A stretch of DNA of 64,000 nt from an uncultured Alphaproteobacteria bacterium (GTDB lineage: Bacteria; Pseudomonadota; Alphaproteobacteria; Rhodobacterales; Rhodobacteraceae). The DNA lies in NCBI GenBank assembly GCA_963798765.1, contig CAWCUP010000020.1:262043-326042 (forward strand). Reading direction: 5' to 3'. The notes beneath the pieces are model-generated. The model was not told the origin of the DNA and searched no databases. It saw only the letters and a list, made by a program, of their open reading frames with translations. Of this stretch, positions 20,730 through 30,792 are shown piece by piece. The translations under genes were made by a program, and so were the position numbers. Position 1 is the stretch's first letter; every line of letters starts with the position of its first letter.

Positions 20730-21383
20730 ATGCGGTACGCGGCCTCGATGGCGACGGTTCTGGTGGCGCTCTGGGCGGGGCCGGCGGCGGCCGACTGGAC
20801 AGACGCCGCCTGCGAGATCTACCCGGCCGGCTCGGACCGGCTCGATCGGCTCGTCCCCTGCACCTTCGCGCAGAACCAGGGCCACATCACCATCACCCTC
20901 GACGCGGACGAGACCCGCGAGCTTGAGCCCGCCGGCGACGCGCCTGGCAATTTCGTCGACCAGAATGGCCGGCCGGTCTATCGGCAGAGCGGCCTCGGCG
21001 ACCGGGGACTGATCTTCCGGTTCCCGGACGTCAGCGTTTTCGTCTATTGGACACGCGGCCTCCAGCAACCCACCGCGCCGTTCACGACCGAGGAATACGA
21101 CGCGACGACGCTCCTGCCATGCCGCGACCCGGCGGACGCCGAGTTCGGCCAGTGCCCGGCCGGTATCCTGCGCATGGAGAACGGCCAGGCGTCGATCGTG
21201 GTGCAGAACCAGCGGGGCGAACGGTTCAGCATGAATTTCATGAAGGACGCGACCGACGGCGCGCCGTACGTGAACGCGACCAACCGCGAGGTCGAGGCCC
21301 GCTTCGAAGGCGACACCTGGATCGTCACGATCGACGGCGGCGAAACCTACGAGGTGCCGCTGGCCGCGATCGAGGGCGGCTGA
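20730..21383 (+). CDS. Secreted two-domain hypothetical protein
   Basis: SD GGAGG before ATG 20730, signal peptide ending PAAA-D, a Cys pair in each half, C-terminus YEVPLAAIEGG. Confidence 0.8.
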   Translation: MRYAASMATVLVALWAGPAAADWTDAACEIYPAGSDRLDRLVPCTFAQNQGHITITLDADETRELEPAGDAPGNFVDQNGRPVYRQSGLGDRGLIFRFPDVSVFVYWTRGLQQPTAPFTTEEYDATTLLPCRDPADAEFGQCPAGILRMENGQASIVVQNQRGERFSMNFMKDATDGAPYVNATNREVEARFEGDTWIVTIDGGETYEVPLAAIEGG

Positions 21384-21437
21384 CGGGCGGGCGGCGAGCG
21401 CCGCCTGCCTGCCCGGCGCGCGCCCGGTCCGGGGCGG

Positions 21438-22523
21438 CTATCTCAATTTCAGCGTCGCCAGCCCGACCAGGGCCAGGATCAGCGAGATGATCCAGAACCG
21501 GATCACGATCTGCGGCTCGGCCCAGCCCTTCTTCTCGAAATGATGGTGGATCGGCGCCATGAGGAACACGCGCTTCTGGGTACGCTTGTAATAGAGCACC
21601 TGGATGATGACGCTCAGCGCCTCGACCACGAAAAGGCCGCCGATGATCGCCAGCACGATCTCGTGCTTGGTCGCAACCGCGATCGCGCCGAGCGCGCCGC
21701 CGAGCGCGAGCGATCCGGTGTCGCCCATGAACACCGCCGCCGGCGGGGCGTTGTACCACAGGAACCCGAGCCCGCCGCCGATCAGGGCCGCGACGATGAT
21801 GGTGATCTCTCCGGTTCCGGGCACGAAATGGACGCCGAGATATTCCGTGAAATCGGTCCGGCCGACGACGTAGGCGATGAAACCGAGCGAGCCCCCCGCG
21901 ATCATCACCGGCATGATCGCGAGGCCGTCCAGACCGTCGGTCAGGTTCACGGCGTTAGCGGACCCGACGATGACCAGCATCGCGAACGGCACGAAGAGCC
22001 ACCCGAGGTCGAGCAGCGCCTCCTTGAAAACCGGAAACGCCAGCTGCCCGGTCAGTTGGTCGGGATGCAGCCACATCGCCCAGGCGCCGGCGATCGCCGC
22101 GATCAGGAATCCGATCGCGAGCCGGACGCGGCCGGACACGCCGGCGTTGGTCTGGCGCTTCACCTTGGCGTAGTCGTCGGCGAAGCCGATCAGGCCGAAA
22201 CCGCCGGTGACGAACAACACCATCCAGACGAACCCGTTGTCCCAACGCGCCCAGAGCAGCGACGAGACGAGGATCGCCGAGAGGATCAGCAGACCGCCCA
22301 TCGTAGGGGTGCCCGCCTTGGCGACGATGTGGCCCTCCGGCCCGTCGAGGCGGATCGGCTGGCCGCGGCCCTGGCGCAGCCGCAGCAGCTCGATCAGCGG
22401 CCGGCCGAAGATGAAGCCGAAGATCAGCGCGGTCATGAACGCGCCGCCCGCCCGGAAGGTGATGTAGCGGAACACGTTGAGCCCGGCGACATCGGGCAGC
22501 AGATCTGCGAGATGGTACAGCAT
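21438..22523 (-). CDS. mraY: Phospho-MurNAc-pentapeptide transferase
   Basis: [37 protein letters not shown]. Start MLYHL at 22523. Confidence 0.98.
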   Translation of the reverse strand: MLYHLADLLPDVAGLNVFRYITFRAGGAFMTALIFGFIFGRPLIELLRLRQGRGQPIRLDGPEGHIVAKAGTPTMGGLLILSAILVSSLLWARWDNGFVWMVLFVTGGFGLIGFADDYAKVKRQTNAGVSGRVRLAIGFLIAAIAGAWAMWLHPDQLTGQLAFPVFKEALLDLGWLFVPFAMLVIVGSANAVNLTDGLDGLAIMPVMIAGGSLGFIAYVVGRTDFTEYLGVHFVPGTGEITIIVAALIGGGLGFLWYNAPPAAVFMGDTGSLALGGALGAIAVATKHEIVLAIIGGLFVVEALSVIIQVLYYKRTQKRVFLMAPIHHHFEKKGWAEPQIVIRFWIISLILALVGLATLKLR

Positions 22524-22531
22524 CGCGGTTC

Positions 22532-23977
22532 CTATTCCCTCTCGGCGTCCTGGGCGCGCGCCGCGCCCATGCCGCGGATCGCGTCGACGACGACCGCCAT
22601 TCCCGAGCCGAGCGAGCCCTTGACCATCGCCACGTCGCCCGCGTCGAGCAGCCTGCCCGCCCGCGCCGCCATCTCGGCGGAGGTCCGGAACCATTCGCCG
22701 CGCTTTCCGGGCGGCAGGGCGGCATGCAGCGATCTCATGAGCGGACCCGCGCAGTGGATCCGGGTCACCGAGGCGAGGGCCGGGTTGCCGGCCAGACCCG
22801 CGTGCAGCGCCTTCTCGTCCGGTCCGAGCTCCAGCATGTCGCCCAGAAACGCGACGCGGCGGCCGCGCGTCACCCGCCCGACGCCGTCACGCGGCTCCTC
22901 GGCGGCGAAGACCGCGAAGGCCGCCGCCATCGCCGCGGGGTTGGCGTTGTAGCTCTCGTCGATCAGCGTTATCGCGCCGTCCATGCCCCCCGGCCCCAGC
23001 GCGACGGTCCAGCGCGCGCCACGCCCGTCGGGCGGGACCCATCGCGTCAGCGCGAGGCCCGCGAGCGCGATGTCGCCGCCAAGCGCCTCGACGGCCGCCA
23101 TGGCGCCGAGGGCGTTCATCGCGAGATGTCGTCCGGGCGCGCCGAGCCGGAAGAGGAACGGCGCGCCCCGTACCCGCGCCGAGACCGTCGTGACGCCTTC
23201 GGCGACGTTCGCCGCGATCAGGCGGAACTCCGGACGTCCGGTCGCGCCGAACCGGACGGGCCGCGCGCCCGTTCGCCGCGCGGCGCGGAGCTGGGTCGCG
23301 TAGGTGCCGGTGTCGCGGTTGATGACGGCCACGCCGCCCGGCTCGAGCCCCGCGAAGATCGAGGCCTTCTCCCGCGCGATCCCCTGGATGTTCCGGAACG
23401 CGGCCATGTGCACCGCCGCGACCGTGGTGATCATCGCGACGTGCGGCCGGGCGAGCCGCGACAGCGGCGCGATCTCGCCGGGCGCGTTCATGCCGATCTC
23501 GATCACCGCGAAATCCGCGTCGGCCGGCATCCGCGCCAAAGTCAGCGGCACGCCCCAGTGATTGTTGTAGGACTTCTCCGCCGCGTGAACCCGCCCCTGG
23601 GCGGCCAGCGCGGTTCGCAGCATCTCCTTGGTTCCGGTCTTGCCGACGGAGCCGGTGACGCCGACCACCCGGCCGCCGAAACGCGCGCGCGCCGCGCGGG
23701 CCAGCGCCCGAAGACCTTCCAGCACGTCCGGCACGATCAGGAGCGGCGCGTCGGCGGCGACGCCTTCGGGACGGTGGTCGACCAGCGCCGCCGCGGCGCC
23801 CTTCGCGAGCGCGTCGGAGACGAAACCGTGCCCGTCGCGGACGTCTCGGAGCGCCACGAAGAGATCCCCGGGCGCCAGCGTGCGCGTGTCGATGGAAACG
23901 CCCGTCGCCGCCCAGTCGCCCGAGGACGTTCCGCCGGTCGCGGCCTCGGCCTCGGCGCGCGACCAGAGATCGCTCAC
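22532..23977 (-). CDS. murF: UDP-MurNAc-tripeptide--D-Ala-D-Ala ligase
   Basis: [40 protein letters not shown]. Confidence 0.96.
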   Translation of the reverse strand: MSDLWSRAEAEAATGGTSSGDWAATGVSIDTRTLAPGDLFVALRDVRDGHGFVSDALAKGAAAALVDHRPEGVAADAPLLIVPDVLEGLRALARAARARFGGRVVGVTGSVGKTGTKEMLRTALAAQGRVHAAEKSYNNHWGVPLTLARMPADADFAVIEIGMNAPGEIAPLSRLARPHVAMITTVAAVHMAAFRNIQGIAREKASIFAGLEPGGVAVINRDTGTYATQLRAARRTGARPVRFGATGRPEFRLIAANVAEGVTTVSARVRGAPFLFRLGAPGRHLAMNALGAMAAVEALGGDIALAGLALTRWVPPDGRGARWTVALGPGGMDGAITLIDESYNANPAAMAAAFAVFAAEEPRDGVGRVTRGRRVAFLGDMLELGPDEKALHAGLAGNPALASVTRIHCAGPLMRSLHAALPPGKRGEWFRTSAEMAARAGRLLDAGDVAMVKGSLGSGMAVVVDAIRGMGAARAQDAERE

Positions 23978-25497
23978 GCGCCCAGCCCGTCGAGCGCCGC
24001 CACCGCCACGCTCGCCTGTTCGATGTCATCAAAGGGAAGCACGTCATGGCCGACGACCTGGCCGGTCTCGTGGCCCTTGCCCGCGATCAGGAGCGCGTCG
24101 CCCGGCTGGAGGGCGTCGACGGCCGACAGGATCGCCTCGGCGCGGTCGCCGATCTCGGTCGCGTCGGGACAGCCGGCCATCACCGCCGCGCGGATCGCCG
24201 CCGCGTCCTCGGTGCGCGGGTTGTCGTCGGTGACGAAGACGACGTCCGCCGCTTGGGCCGCCGCCTCGCCCATCAGCGGCCGCTTGCCCCGGTCCCGGTC
24301 GCCGCCGGCGCCGAAAGCCACCAGAAGCCGGCCCATGACATGCGGGCGCAGCGCCTCGAGCGCGGTTTTCAGGGCATCGGGCGTGTGGCTGTAATCGACG
24401 AATACGGCGGCGCCGTTCGACCGGGTCGCCGCCCGCTCCATGCGTCCGCGCACCGTGCGCAGGGCGGGCAGCGCGTCCAGAACCGCGTCCGCGTCGCCGC
24501 CGGATCCGATCGCGAGCCCTGCCGCGACCAACGCGTTGTGCGCCTGGAACCCGCCGATCAGGTCGAGCCGCGCGCTGCGGTTCCGGCCCTCCCACGAAAA
24601 CAGAACGTCCTGCCCCGTCGCGTCGAACCGCTGGCCGATCAGGCGCAGATCGCAGCCCTCGTCGCGCCCGACGGTGATGACGCGCTGGCCGCGCGCGGCC
24701 GCCGCGGCGCGCACGGCGGCGCCATGCCGGTCGTCGAGGTTGACCACGGCCGTGCCGCCGCGCGGCAGAACCCGGGTGAAAAGCCCGAGCTTGGCGGTGA
24801 AATAGGCCTCGAAGTCCGGGTGATAGTCGAGATGGTCGCGCGTGATGTTCGTGAAGGCGGCCGCCTCCAGGCGCACACCGTCGAGCCGCGCCTGGTCGAG
24901 CCCGTGGCTCGACGCCTCCATCGCGGCATGGGTCACGCCCTGGTCGGCGAGGTCCGCGAGCAGCGCGTGCAGCGTGATCGGCTCGGGCGTCGTGTGCGAC
25001 AGGGGCGCCGCGACCGCGCCCTCGACGCCGGTCGTGCCGAAATTCACCGCGCGCTCGCCCAGCGCCTCCCAGATCTGCCGCGTGAAGCTCGCCACGGAGG
25101 TCTTGCCGTTGGTGCCGGTCACCGCGACCATCACTTCGGGCTGGTCGCCGCTCCAGCGGCTCGCGGCGAGCGCGAGCGTCCGGCGCGGGTTGTCGGCCAG
25201 GATCACCGGCACGGGAAGCGGCCCGCGATTGTCGGCCTCGGCCTTTTCCAGGCCCGCGACGTCGGTCAGCACAGCCGCCGCGCCCATCCGGAGCGCGAAG
25301 GGGATGAACTCCGCGCCGTGCACATGCGATCCGGGCAGCGCGGCGAACAGGTGTCCCGGCTCGGTCCGGCGGCTGTCCACCGACAGTCCGGTGATTTCGG
25401 GAAGGTCGCCGCTCCAGTCTCCGGCGCGGCGCGTTCCGGCCAGAAGGCCCAGCCGCTCGAATCCCGTCAGATTGTCCGTCCGATCCGTTCCCGACAT
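23974..25497 (-). CDS. murE: UDP-MurNAc-dipeptide--diaminopimelate ligase
   Basis: VTGTNGKTS, HTTP, MEASSHG, DYSHTPDA, DDNPR (meso-DAP motif DNPR), AGKGHE. Confidence 0.97.
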   Translation of the reverse strand: MSGTDRTDNLTGFERLGLLAGTRRAGDWSGDLPEITGLSVDSRRTEPGHLFAALPGSHVHGAEFIPFALRMGAAAVLTDVAGLEKAEADNRGPLPVPVILADNPRRTLALAASRWSGDQPEVMVAVTGTNGKTSVASFTRQIWEALGERAVNFGTTGVEGAVAAPLSHTTPEPITLHALLADLADQGVTHAAMEASSHGLDQARLDGVRLEAAAFTNITRDHLDYHPDFEAYFTAKLGLFTRVLPRGGTAVVNLDDRHGAAVRAAAAARGQRVITVGRDEGCDLRLIGQRFDATGQDVLFSWEGRNRSARLDLIGGFQAHNALVAAGLAIGSGGDADAVLDALPALRTVRGRMERAATRSNGAAVFVDYSHTPDALKTALEALRPHVMGRLLVAFGAGGDRDRGKRPLMGEAAAQAADVVFVTDDNPRTEDAAAIRAAVMAGCPDATEIGDRAEAILSAVDALQPGDALLIAGKGHETGQVVGHDVLPFDDIEQASVAVAALDGLGA

Positions 25498-25531
25498 GAT
25501 CCCTGCGCCCGACCCGCCCGCGACGCCGGGG

Positions 25532-27325
25532 CTATTCGCTTCGCGACGCGGTGTAAAGCAGCGGCGTCCCGTCGTCGGCTTCGGGCATCGGCCGCATGCC
25601 GAGGATCGGCGCGATCCGGCGGATCGCCTTCGCCGCGACGGGAACGGCGGTCCATCCGGCGGTGCGGATCTCCTGGCCGTTCACCTCGGCTTTCGGCTCG
25701 TCGAGCGCGATGACCAGAACGTAGCGCGGAGCCGAAGTCGGGAACACACCGGCGAAAGTCGAGATCACCTTGTCGCGCGAATAGCCGCCCGTGTAGTTCG
25801 GCTTGTCGGCGGTGCCGGTCTTGCCGCCGACCTCGTAGCCCTCGACGTTGGCGAAGCGCGCCGTGCCGCGCACCACCACCTGGCGCAGCATGTCGCGGAC
25901 CTGGCGCGAGGTCCGCTCGGACAGGACCCGGTCGGCCTCCGTCGGACGCTCGTCGCTCGCGATCACGCTCGGACGGACGCGCAGCCCGCCGTTGAGCAGC
26001 GTCGCGTAGGCGCTCGCCAGATGAAGCGGCGTCACGGCGATGCCATGCCCGTAGGAGATGGTCATGGTGGTCAGCTCGGACCATCTCTCGGGGAGGAGCG
26101 GCGTCGTCCGGCCCGCCTCGGTCAGTTCCACCGGCGAGGCCTCGAGCAGGCCGAGGCGGCCGAGGAACTCCTTCTGCGCGGCCGCCCCGCCCTCCACGGC
26201 GAGACGCGCCGAGCCGATGTTGGAGGACTTCACGATCACGTCCTCGACGCTCAGACGCGGGCCGTAATCGTGGAAATCGCGGATCGTGAACCGGCCCCAG
26301 CGCATCGGCCCCTTGGTGTCGACCATCGTGCCGGGCGAGACCAGCCCCGCCTCCAGCGCCTGCGCGATGGCGAAGGGTTTGAACGTCGAGCCGAGCTCGT
26401 AGCGGCCCTGGGCCGCGCGGTTGAAGAGCGGGCTCTTCGCCGGATCGCCGGCCGTCGGCAGCGGCGGCCGCAGGTTCGGATCGAAATCGGGCAGGCTGGC
26501 GAGCGCGCGGATCTGGCCGGTGTCGATCTCCATGAGGATGCCGACGGCCCCCTGGGCGCGCATCTCGGACATGCCGGCGGCGAGCACCTCCTCGAGCGCG
26601 ACCTGCGCGCCGATATCGATCGAGAGGCGCAGCGGCTCTCCCGCCAGTTCCGGATCGCGCAGTCGCGCGTCCATCGCGCGCTCGACGCCGGCGACGCCGA
26701 CCAGTTCGGCCGCGTGGACGCCCTCGCGGCCGTAGCCGGCGCCCCCCAGCAGATGCGCGGCCACCGCGCCGTTCGGGTAGAGCCTTGTCTCCCGCGGACC
26801 GAACAGCAGGCCCGGCTCGCCGAGATCGTGCACCAGCTGGCGCTGCTCGGGCGAGATCGTCTTGCGGATCCACATGAACCGGCGTCCGTCGGTCAGGCGC
26901 GCGGCGAGCGCGTCCGCGTCGAGATCGGGAAATATGCGCGCGAGCTCGCGGGCCGCGCGATGAGGATCGACCATCAGTTGCGGCTGGGCGTAAAGCGACG
27001 CGGTCACGAGATTCGTCGCGAGAACCGCGCCGTCGCGGTCGGTGATGTCCGATCGCTGCGCGGCGATCCGCGCCTCGCCCGCCTCGGCGCGGGGCTCGAC
27101 CGGCTCGGAGGCCGACAGGAGCGCCATGCGCCCCGCGACGGTGGTGAAACCGAGAATGAAGACGACGCCGAGAAGAAGAAGCCGCGTCTCGGCCTTCTGG
27201 CGCTCGGCCCGGTGCCGGGCGCGCAGACGCGCGGCGCGCTCCTCGGCCTCGACGAGGTCGGGATCGTCGCCGTGGGCGCGGGCCGACAGGATGCGCGCGA
27301 GCGGACGGAGCGGACGGCGGATCAT
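25532..27325 (-). CDS. ftsI: Penicillin-binding protein 3 (FtsI)
   Basis: STFK (SxxK), SSN (SxN) and KTG motifs; N-terminal TM. Start MIRRP at 27325. Confidence 0.96.
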   Translation of the reverse strand: MIRRPLRPLARILSARAHGDDPDLVEAEERAARLRARHRAERQKAETRLLLLGVVFILGFTTVAGRMALLSASEPVEPRAEAGEARIAAQRSDITDRDGAVLATNLVTASLYAQPQLMVDPHRAARELARIFPDLDADALAARLTDGRRFMWIRKTISPEQRQLVHDLGEPGLLFGPRETRLYPNGAVAAHLLGGAGYGREGVHAAELVGVAGVERAMDARLRDPELAGEPLRLSIDIGAQVALEEVLAAGMSEMRAQGAVGILMEIDTGQIRALASLPDFDPNLRPPLPTAGDPAKSPLFNRAAQGRYELGSTFKPFAIAQALEAGLVSPGTMVDTKGPMRWGRFTIRDFHDYGPRLSVEDVIVKSSNIGSARLAVEGGAAAQKEFLGRLGLLEASPVELTEAGRTTPLLPERWSELTTMTISYGHGIAVTPLHLASAYATLLNGGLRVRPSVIASDERPTEADRVLSERTSRQVRDMLRQVVVRGTARFANVEGYEVGGKTGTADKPNYTGGYSRDKVISTFAGVFPTSAPRYVLVIALDEPKAEVNGQEIRTAGWTAVPVAAKAIRRIAPILGMRPMPEADDGTPLLYTASRSE

Positions 27326-27648
27326 TCGGGCTCTCCGGCGGCGGGGATCAGATCCTCCGGTGGCGGCGGGAACGCGATCATCGCGGGATCCGCGAACTGC
27401 TCCGGCGTCAGCGGCGCGAGACCCAGCGCCTCGGCGTTGCGCTCGACGAGGACAGCGAGACGGTCGGGACGGTTGAGATAGGCCCATTCCGCGCGCAGCA
27501 CCGCGAGCAATTCGCGCTCGCGGGCGATGGCGGCGCGAAGATCGGCCACGCGGTTCTGCGCGTCCTGCGTCGTGTAGTTCACCCGGTAGGCCCAGACGGC
27601 GCAGAGAACCACCAGAACCGTCGCCGACAGGTAGAGGACCGCCCTCAT
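27322..27648 (-). CDS. ftsL: Cell division protein FtsL
   Basis: Short TM plus coiled coil with [12 protein letters not shown], between rsmH and ftsI. Confidence 0.88.
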   Translation of the reverse strand: MRAVLYLSATVLVVLCAVWAYRVNYTTQDAQNRVADLRAAIARERELLAVLRAEWAYLNRPDRLAVLVERNAEALGLAPLTPEQFADPAMIAFPPPPEDLIPAAGEPE

Positions 27649-28649
27649 CGCGCCAGACCCCTCACCGCGAGGCCGGGCAGGCCAAGACCCGCCGTGTCGA
27701 TCGGTCCGGCCGGCGCGTCGAGACGTCGGGCGATCCGGAGCTTGGCGGATCGCGCGCGCGGATTGACCCCGATCTCGGCCGCGTCCGCCACCACGGCCCG
27801 GCGCGTCACGGGCTCGAAGCGCGCGGCCTCGGCCTCGCTCGGAGGCGCGAAGCGGCTGCCCTTGGGAGTCGCGCCGGACCGCGCCTGTAGGAACCGTTTG
27901 ACCACGCGGTCCTCGAGTGAATGGAACGTGACGACGGCGAGCAGCCCGCCCGGCGCCAGCGCCGTCTCGGCGGCGACCAGGCCGCGCACCAGCTCGCCAA
28001 GCTCGTCGTTGACCGCGATCCGCAGCGCCTGGAAGCTTCGCGTTGCCGGATGCGGCTGACCGGGCTTTGAACGCGGCATCAGCGTCTCGACGAGTCCCGC
28101 GAGCCGTGACGTCGTCTCGAACGGCGCGGCGGCGCGCTCGGCGACGATGGCCTTGGCGATGCGCCGCGAGGCGCGCTCCTCGCCGAACTGGAAAAGGATG
28201 TCGGCGAGTTCAGCCTCGGGCGCGCTGTTGACCAGGTCGGCGGCGGACGGCCCCGACCGCTCCATGCGCATGTCGAGCGGGCCGTCCTTGAGGAAAGAGA
28301 ACCCGCGCTCGCCCTGGTCGATCTGCATCGAGGAGACGCCGATATCGAGAGCGATCCCGTCGAGAAGCGGCGCGCCCGCCTCCGCCGCGATCCGGTCGAG
28401 ATCGCCGAAGCGGCCGGCGCGCAGGGTCAGACGCTCGCCATATTCATGCGCCCAGGCCCGCGCCCGCTCCAGAGCCTCCGGGTCCCGGTCGACGCCGATG
28501 ACCCGCTCCGCGCCGGCGTCGAGCAGCGCCCTCGCGTACCCGCCCGCCCCGAACGTCCCGTCGAGCCAGACGCCGGAAACCGGCGAGACCCGCTCCATGA
28601 TGGCACCGATCAGGACCGGCACGTGGGGACCGACCGGCGCCATCATCAT
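27645..28649 (-). CDS. rsmH: 16S rRNA m4C1402 methyltransferase
   Basis: [39 protein letters not shown]. Start at 28649 overlaps the mraZ stop. Confidence 0.96.
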   Translation of the reverse strand: MMMAPVGPHVPVLIGAIMERVSPVSGVWLDGTFGAGGYARALLDAGAERVIGVDRDPEALERARAWAHEYGERLTLRAGRFGDLDRIAAEAGAPLLDGIALDIGVSSMQIDQGERGFSFLKDGPLDMRMERSGPSAADLVNSAPEAELADILFQFGEERASRRIAKAIVAERAAAPFETTSRLAGLVETLMPRSKPGQPHPATRSFQALRIAVNDELGELVRGLVAAETALAPGGLLAVVTFHSLEDRVVKRFLQARSGATPKGSRFAPPSEAEAARFEPVTRRAVVADAAEIGVNPRARSAKLRIARRLDAPAGPIDTAGLGLPGLAVRGLAR

Positions 28650-29164
28650 GATCCGCCTCCGAAGGCGGCCGCGTCCATCGCGTCGAGCGCGTCGAACGGC
28701 GTCTCGCCCTCCGGCCGGGACGCGCCCCAATCATCCAGATCGGTCATGTCGGCGTCGAACTCGTCCGGCGCCCATATCTCGAATTTGTCGCCCATCCCGG
28801 CGAAGAACGCCTCGGCCCCGATCCCCATCATATCGCGAAGCTTCTGCGGCAGGACCACGCGGCCGGTCTCGTCCATCTGGGCGTAGACGGATTTGGTGTT
28901 GATCCAACGCTCGAGCGCCTTGCGGTCTCTGCTGAAGGTCGGCAAACGCGAGATCTTGTCATCGAGCGCCGTGATCGCCTCGATGGTGTAGCCTTCAAGG
29001 CATTTTCCCGACTTCCCGCCGTAGATCAGCACCAGATTGGGGTTCAGACCCGGCGCCCAGTCGGGATCGCCCTCCTCGAGCACGCGACGGAACGGGGCGG
29101 GGACCGACACGCGGCCCTTGGCGTCCACCTTGTGGACCGACTCGCCCTTGAACCGCCGTTTCAC
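28646..29164 (-). CDS. mraZ: Division/cell wall cluster transcriptional repressor MraZ
   Basis: DAKGRVSVP and DETGRVVLP (paired DxxGR motifs); first gene of the dcw cluster. Confidence 0.95.
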   Translation of the reverse strand: MKRRFKGESVHKVDAKGRVSVPAPFRRVLEEGDPDWAPGLNPNLVLIYGGKSGKCLEGYTIEAITALDDKISRLPTFSRDRKALERWINTKSVYAQMDETGRVVLPQKLRDMMGIGAEAFFAGMGDKFEIWAPDEFDADMTDLDDWGASRPEGETPFDALDAMDAAAFGGGS

Positions 29165-29414
29165 CCGGCCCTACTCCTGCCACTCGCGCGACCCCCTGAA
29201 CAAATGACGGGCCGTGCTGCCTGAAAGCACGACCCGTCACCTGGTCCCTCAGGGCCTTGGCCCGACTGCGTCACGTCTTGCGCTTCTGCTCGTTTTTTCT
29301 TCGCGTCGGGTCTTCTTTCGGTCGGGAAGAGGACGGGCCTGCATGAAACCTGCCTGGAGTTTCTGGATGGGTCTTTGTCGCCCTTGTCCGGATACCGCCG
29401 CCTTCCGTGTATTT

Positions 29415-29468
29415 TGGATAGCATGGGACATCGTGGGATTCAATGGATTTCTGTGGGAACACTTGGGC
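29415..29468 (-). promoter_or_regulatory. dcw promoter with MraZ-box array
   Basis: TGGGA/TGGAT/TGGGC repeats start at 29424, 29434, 29444, 29454 and 29464 (exact 10-bp period). They overlap a minus-strand TTGAAT-17 bp-TATCCA. MraZ binding to TGGGN repeats is established in other bacteria. Confidence 0.75.
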
Positions 29469-29699
29469 ACCAAGGGCTTTTTGCGCGACTTTCAACTTGC
29501 GGTAAGAACAAGTTGCACCGGCGCCTCCCACTTTTTGTGTTCGAGTTGGCCACGACCGCAAAATGTGGAAGGCTCTCGAACACGCCTGTCGAGCGGCCAA
29601 ATCCGTAAAGTTGTATGCGACGTCGCCATTCCGCGTCCGGCGGAAGCCGGATCGGGCGAATCATGCCGCCGAATTTCAGTGGATCGCAAAGGAGATTCG

Positions 29700-30082
29700 C
29701 GCGCGGACGGCCTGTAAGCCGGATTCTGTGACCTCCTCGCGGAGGCCGGCGACCATTCATCTGGGCCCGCCGTCACCGACGGGCTCGTGCGGCCAACCCG
29801 GACCGTCGGGGCGGAAGAAGCCCCGGGGCGTGAGCCCCGCGCGGTCCCTATTTGGCCTTGCTCCTGGCGGGGCTTGCCGTGCCGCCGACGTCGCCGCCGA
29901 CGCGGTGGGCTCTTACTCCACCGTTTCACCCTTGCCCCGGACCGAGGCCCGTGGCGGTCTGTTTTCTGTGGCGCTTTCCCTCGGGTCTCCCCGGCCGGGC
30001 GTTACCCGGCGCCATTCCTTCCTGGAGTCCGGACTTTCCTCGGGCCCCCGAAGGAGCCCGCGGCCGCCCGGCCATCCGCGCG
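29700..30082 (-). ncRNA. rnpB: RNase P RNA, bacterial type A
   Basis: The minus strand has GAGGAAAGUCCGG near the 5' end and ACAGAAUCCGGCUUAC near the 3' end; the termini pair (P1). Confidence 0.97.
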
Positions 30083-30087
30083 TCGCC

Positions 30088-30116
30088 CGTCTATTTGGGA
30101 ACCCCGCCCCCGTCAA
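30088..30116 (-). promoter_or_regulatory. Probable rnpB promoter
   Basis: TTGACG-17 bp-TAGACG just upstream of rnpB; the TAG is the amidase stop codon. Confidence 0.7.
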
Positions 30117-30792
30117 CGCAAGGCCACGCCTCCGCCAGCGCCGCCATCAGGCCGGCATCGGTCGCGTCCGGGACCGCCCCGCGTCCCTGCGGCCGGAACC
30201 GCAGACGGAACGCCTCCAGGACCGCGCTTTCGTCACCGTCCGGCGCGCGATACCCCGCCCGCTCCGCCGCGGCCTGGAACTCGGCCGGAATCCCCGGCCC
30301 GGCCTCCATCCAGACCGCCCGCCCCCCGAGCGCCAGCCGCCTCCAGTCGAATTTCGGTCCCGGATCGGCCTTGCGCCCCGGCGCCATGTCGGAATGCGCG
30401 ATCACCCGATCCGGACGGATCCCCCATCTCGCCGCAATCCCGTCCAGCAGCTGCTCGAGCGCGGCCATCTGCGGCTCGGGAAACGGCGGAAATCCGGCCA
30501 GCGGCCCGGGATTGTCGAGTTCGATCCCGATCGACCGCGAATTCACGTCCGAGACGTCGCCCCAGCGCCCGGCACCGGCGTGCCAGGCCCGCTCGGCTTC
30601 CGGCACCAGCGCCCAGACGCGCCCGTCCGCCGCGATCAGGTAATGCGCCGAAACCTCCGCCGCCGGATCGCAAAGCCGCCCCAGCGCCGCCTCGGCATCC
30701 ACCATCGCGGTGTGATGGAGCACCACCATATCCGGCAGCGCGCCGTCCCTTCGGGGTCCGGAATTGGGACTGGACCGCTCGATGATATTCAT
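30091..30792 (-). CDS. N-acetylmuramoyl-L-alanine amidase (Amidase_2, AmpD/AmiD-like)
   Basis: VVLHHT, VSAHYLI, RAWHAG, SIGIEL, HSDMAPGRKADPG. Confidence 0.93.
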   Translation of the reverse strand: MNIIERSSPNSGPRRDGALPDMVVLHHTAMVDAEAALGRLCDPAAEVSAHYLIAADGRVWALVPEAERAWHAGAGRWGDVSDVNSRSIGIELDNPGPLAGFPPFPEPQMAALEQLLDGIAARWGIRPDRVIAHSDMAPGRKADPGPKFDWRRLALGGRAVWMEAGPGIPAEFQAAAERAGYRAPDGDESAVLEAFRLRFRPQGRGAVPDATDAGLMAALAEAWPCVDGGGVPK

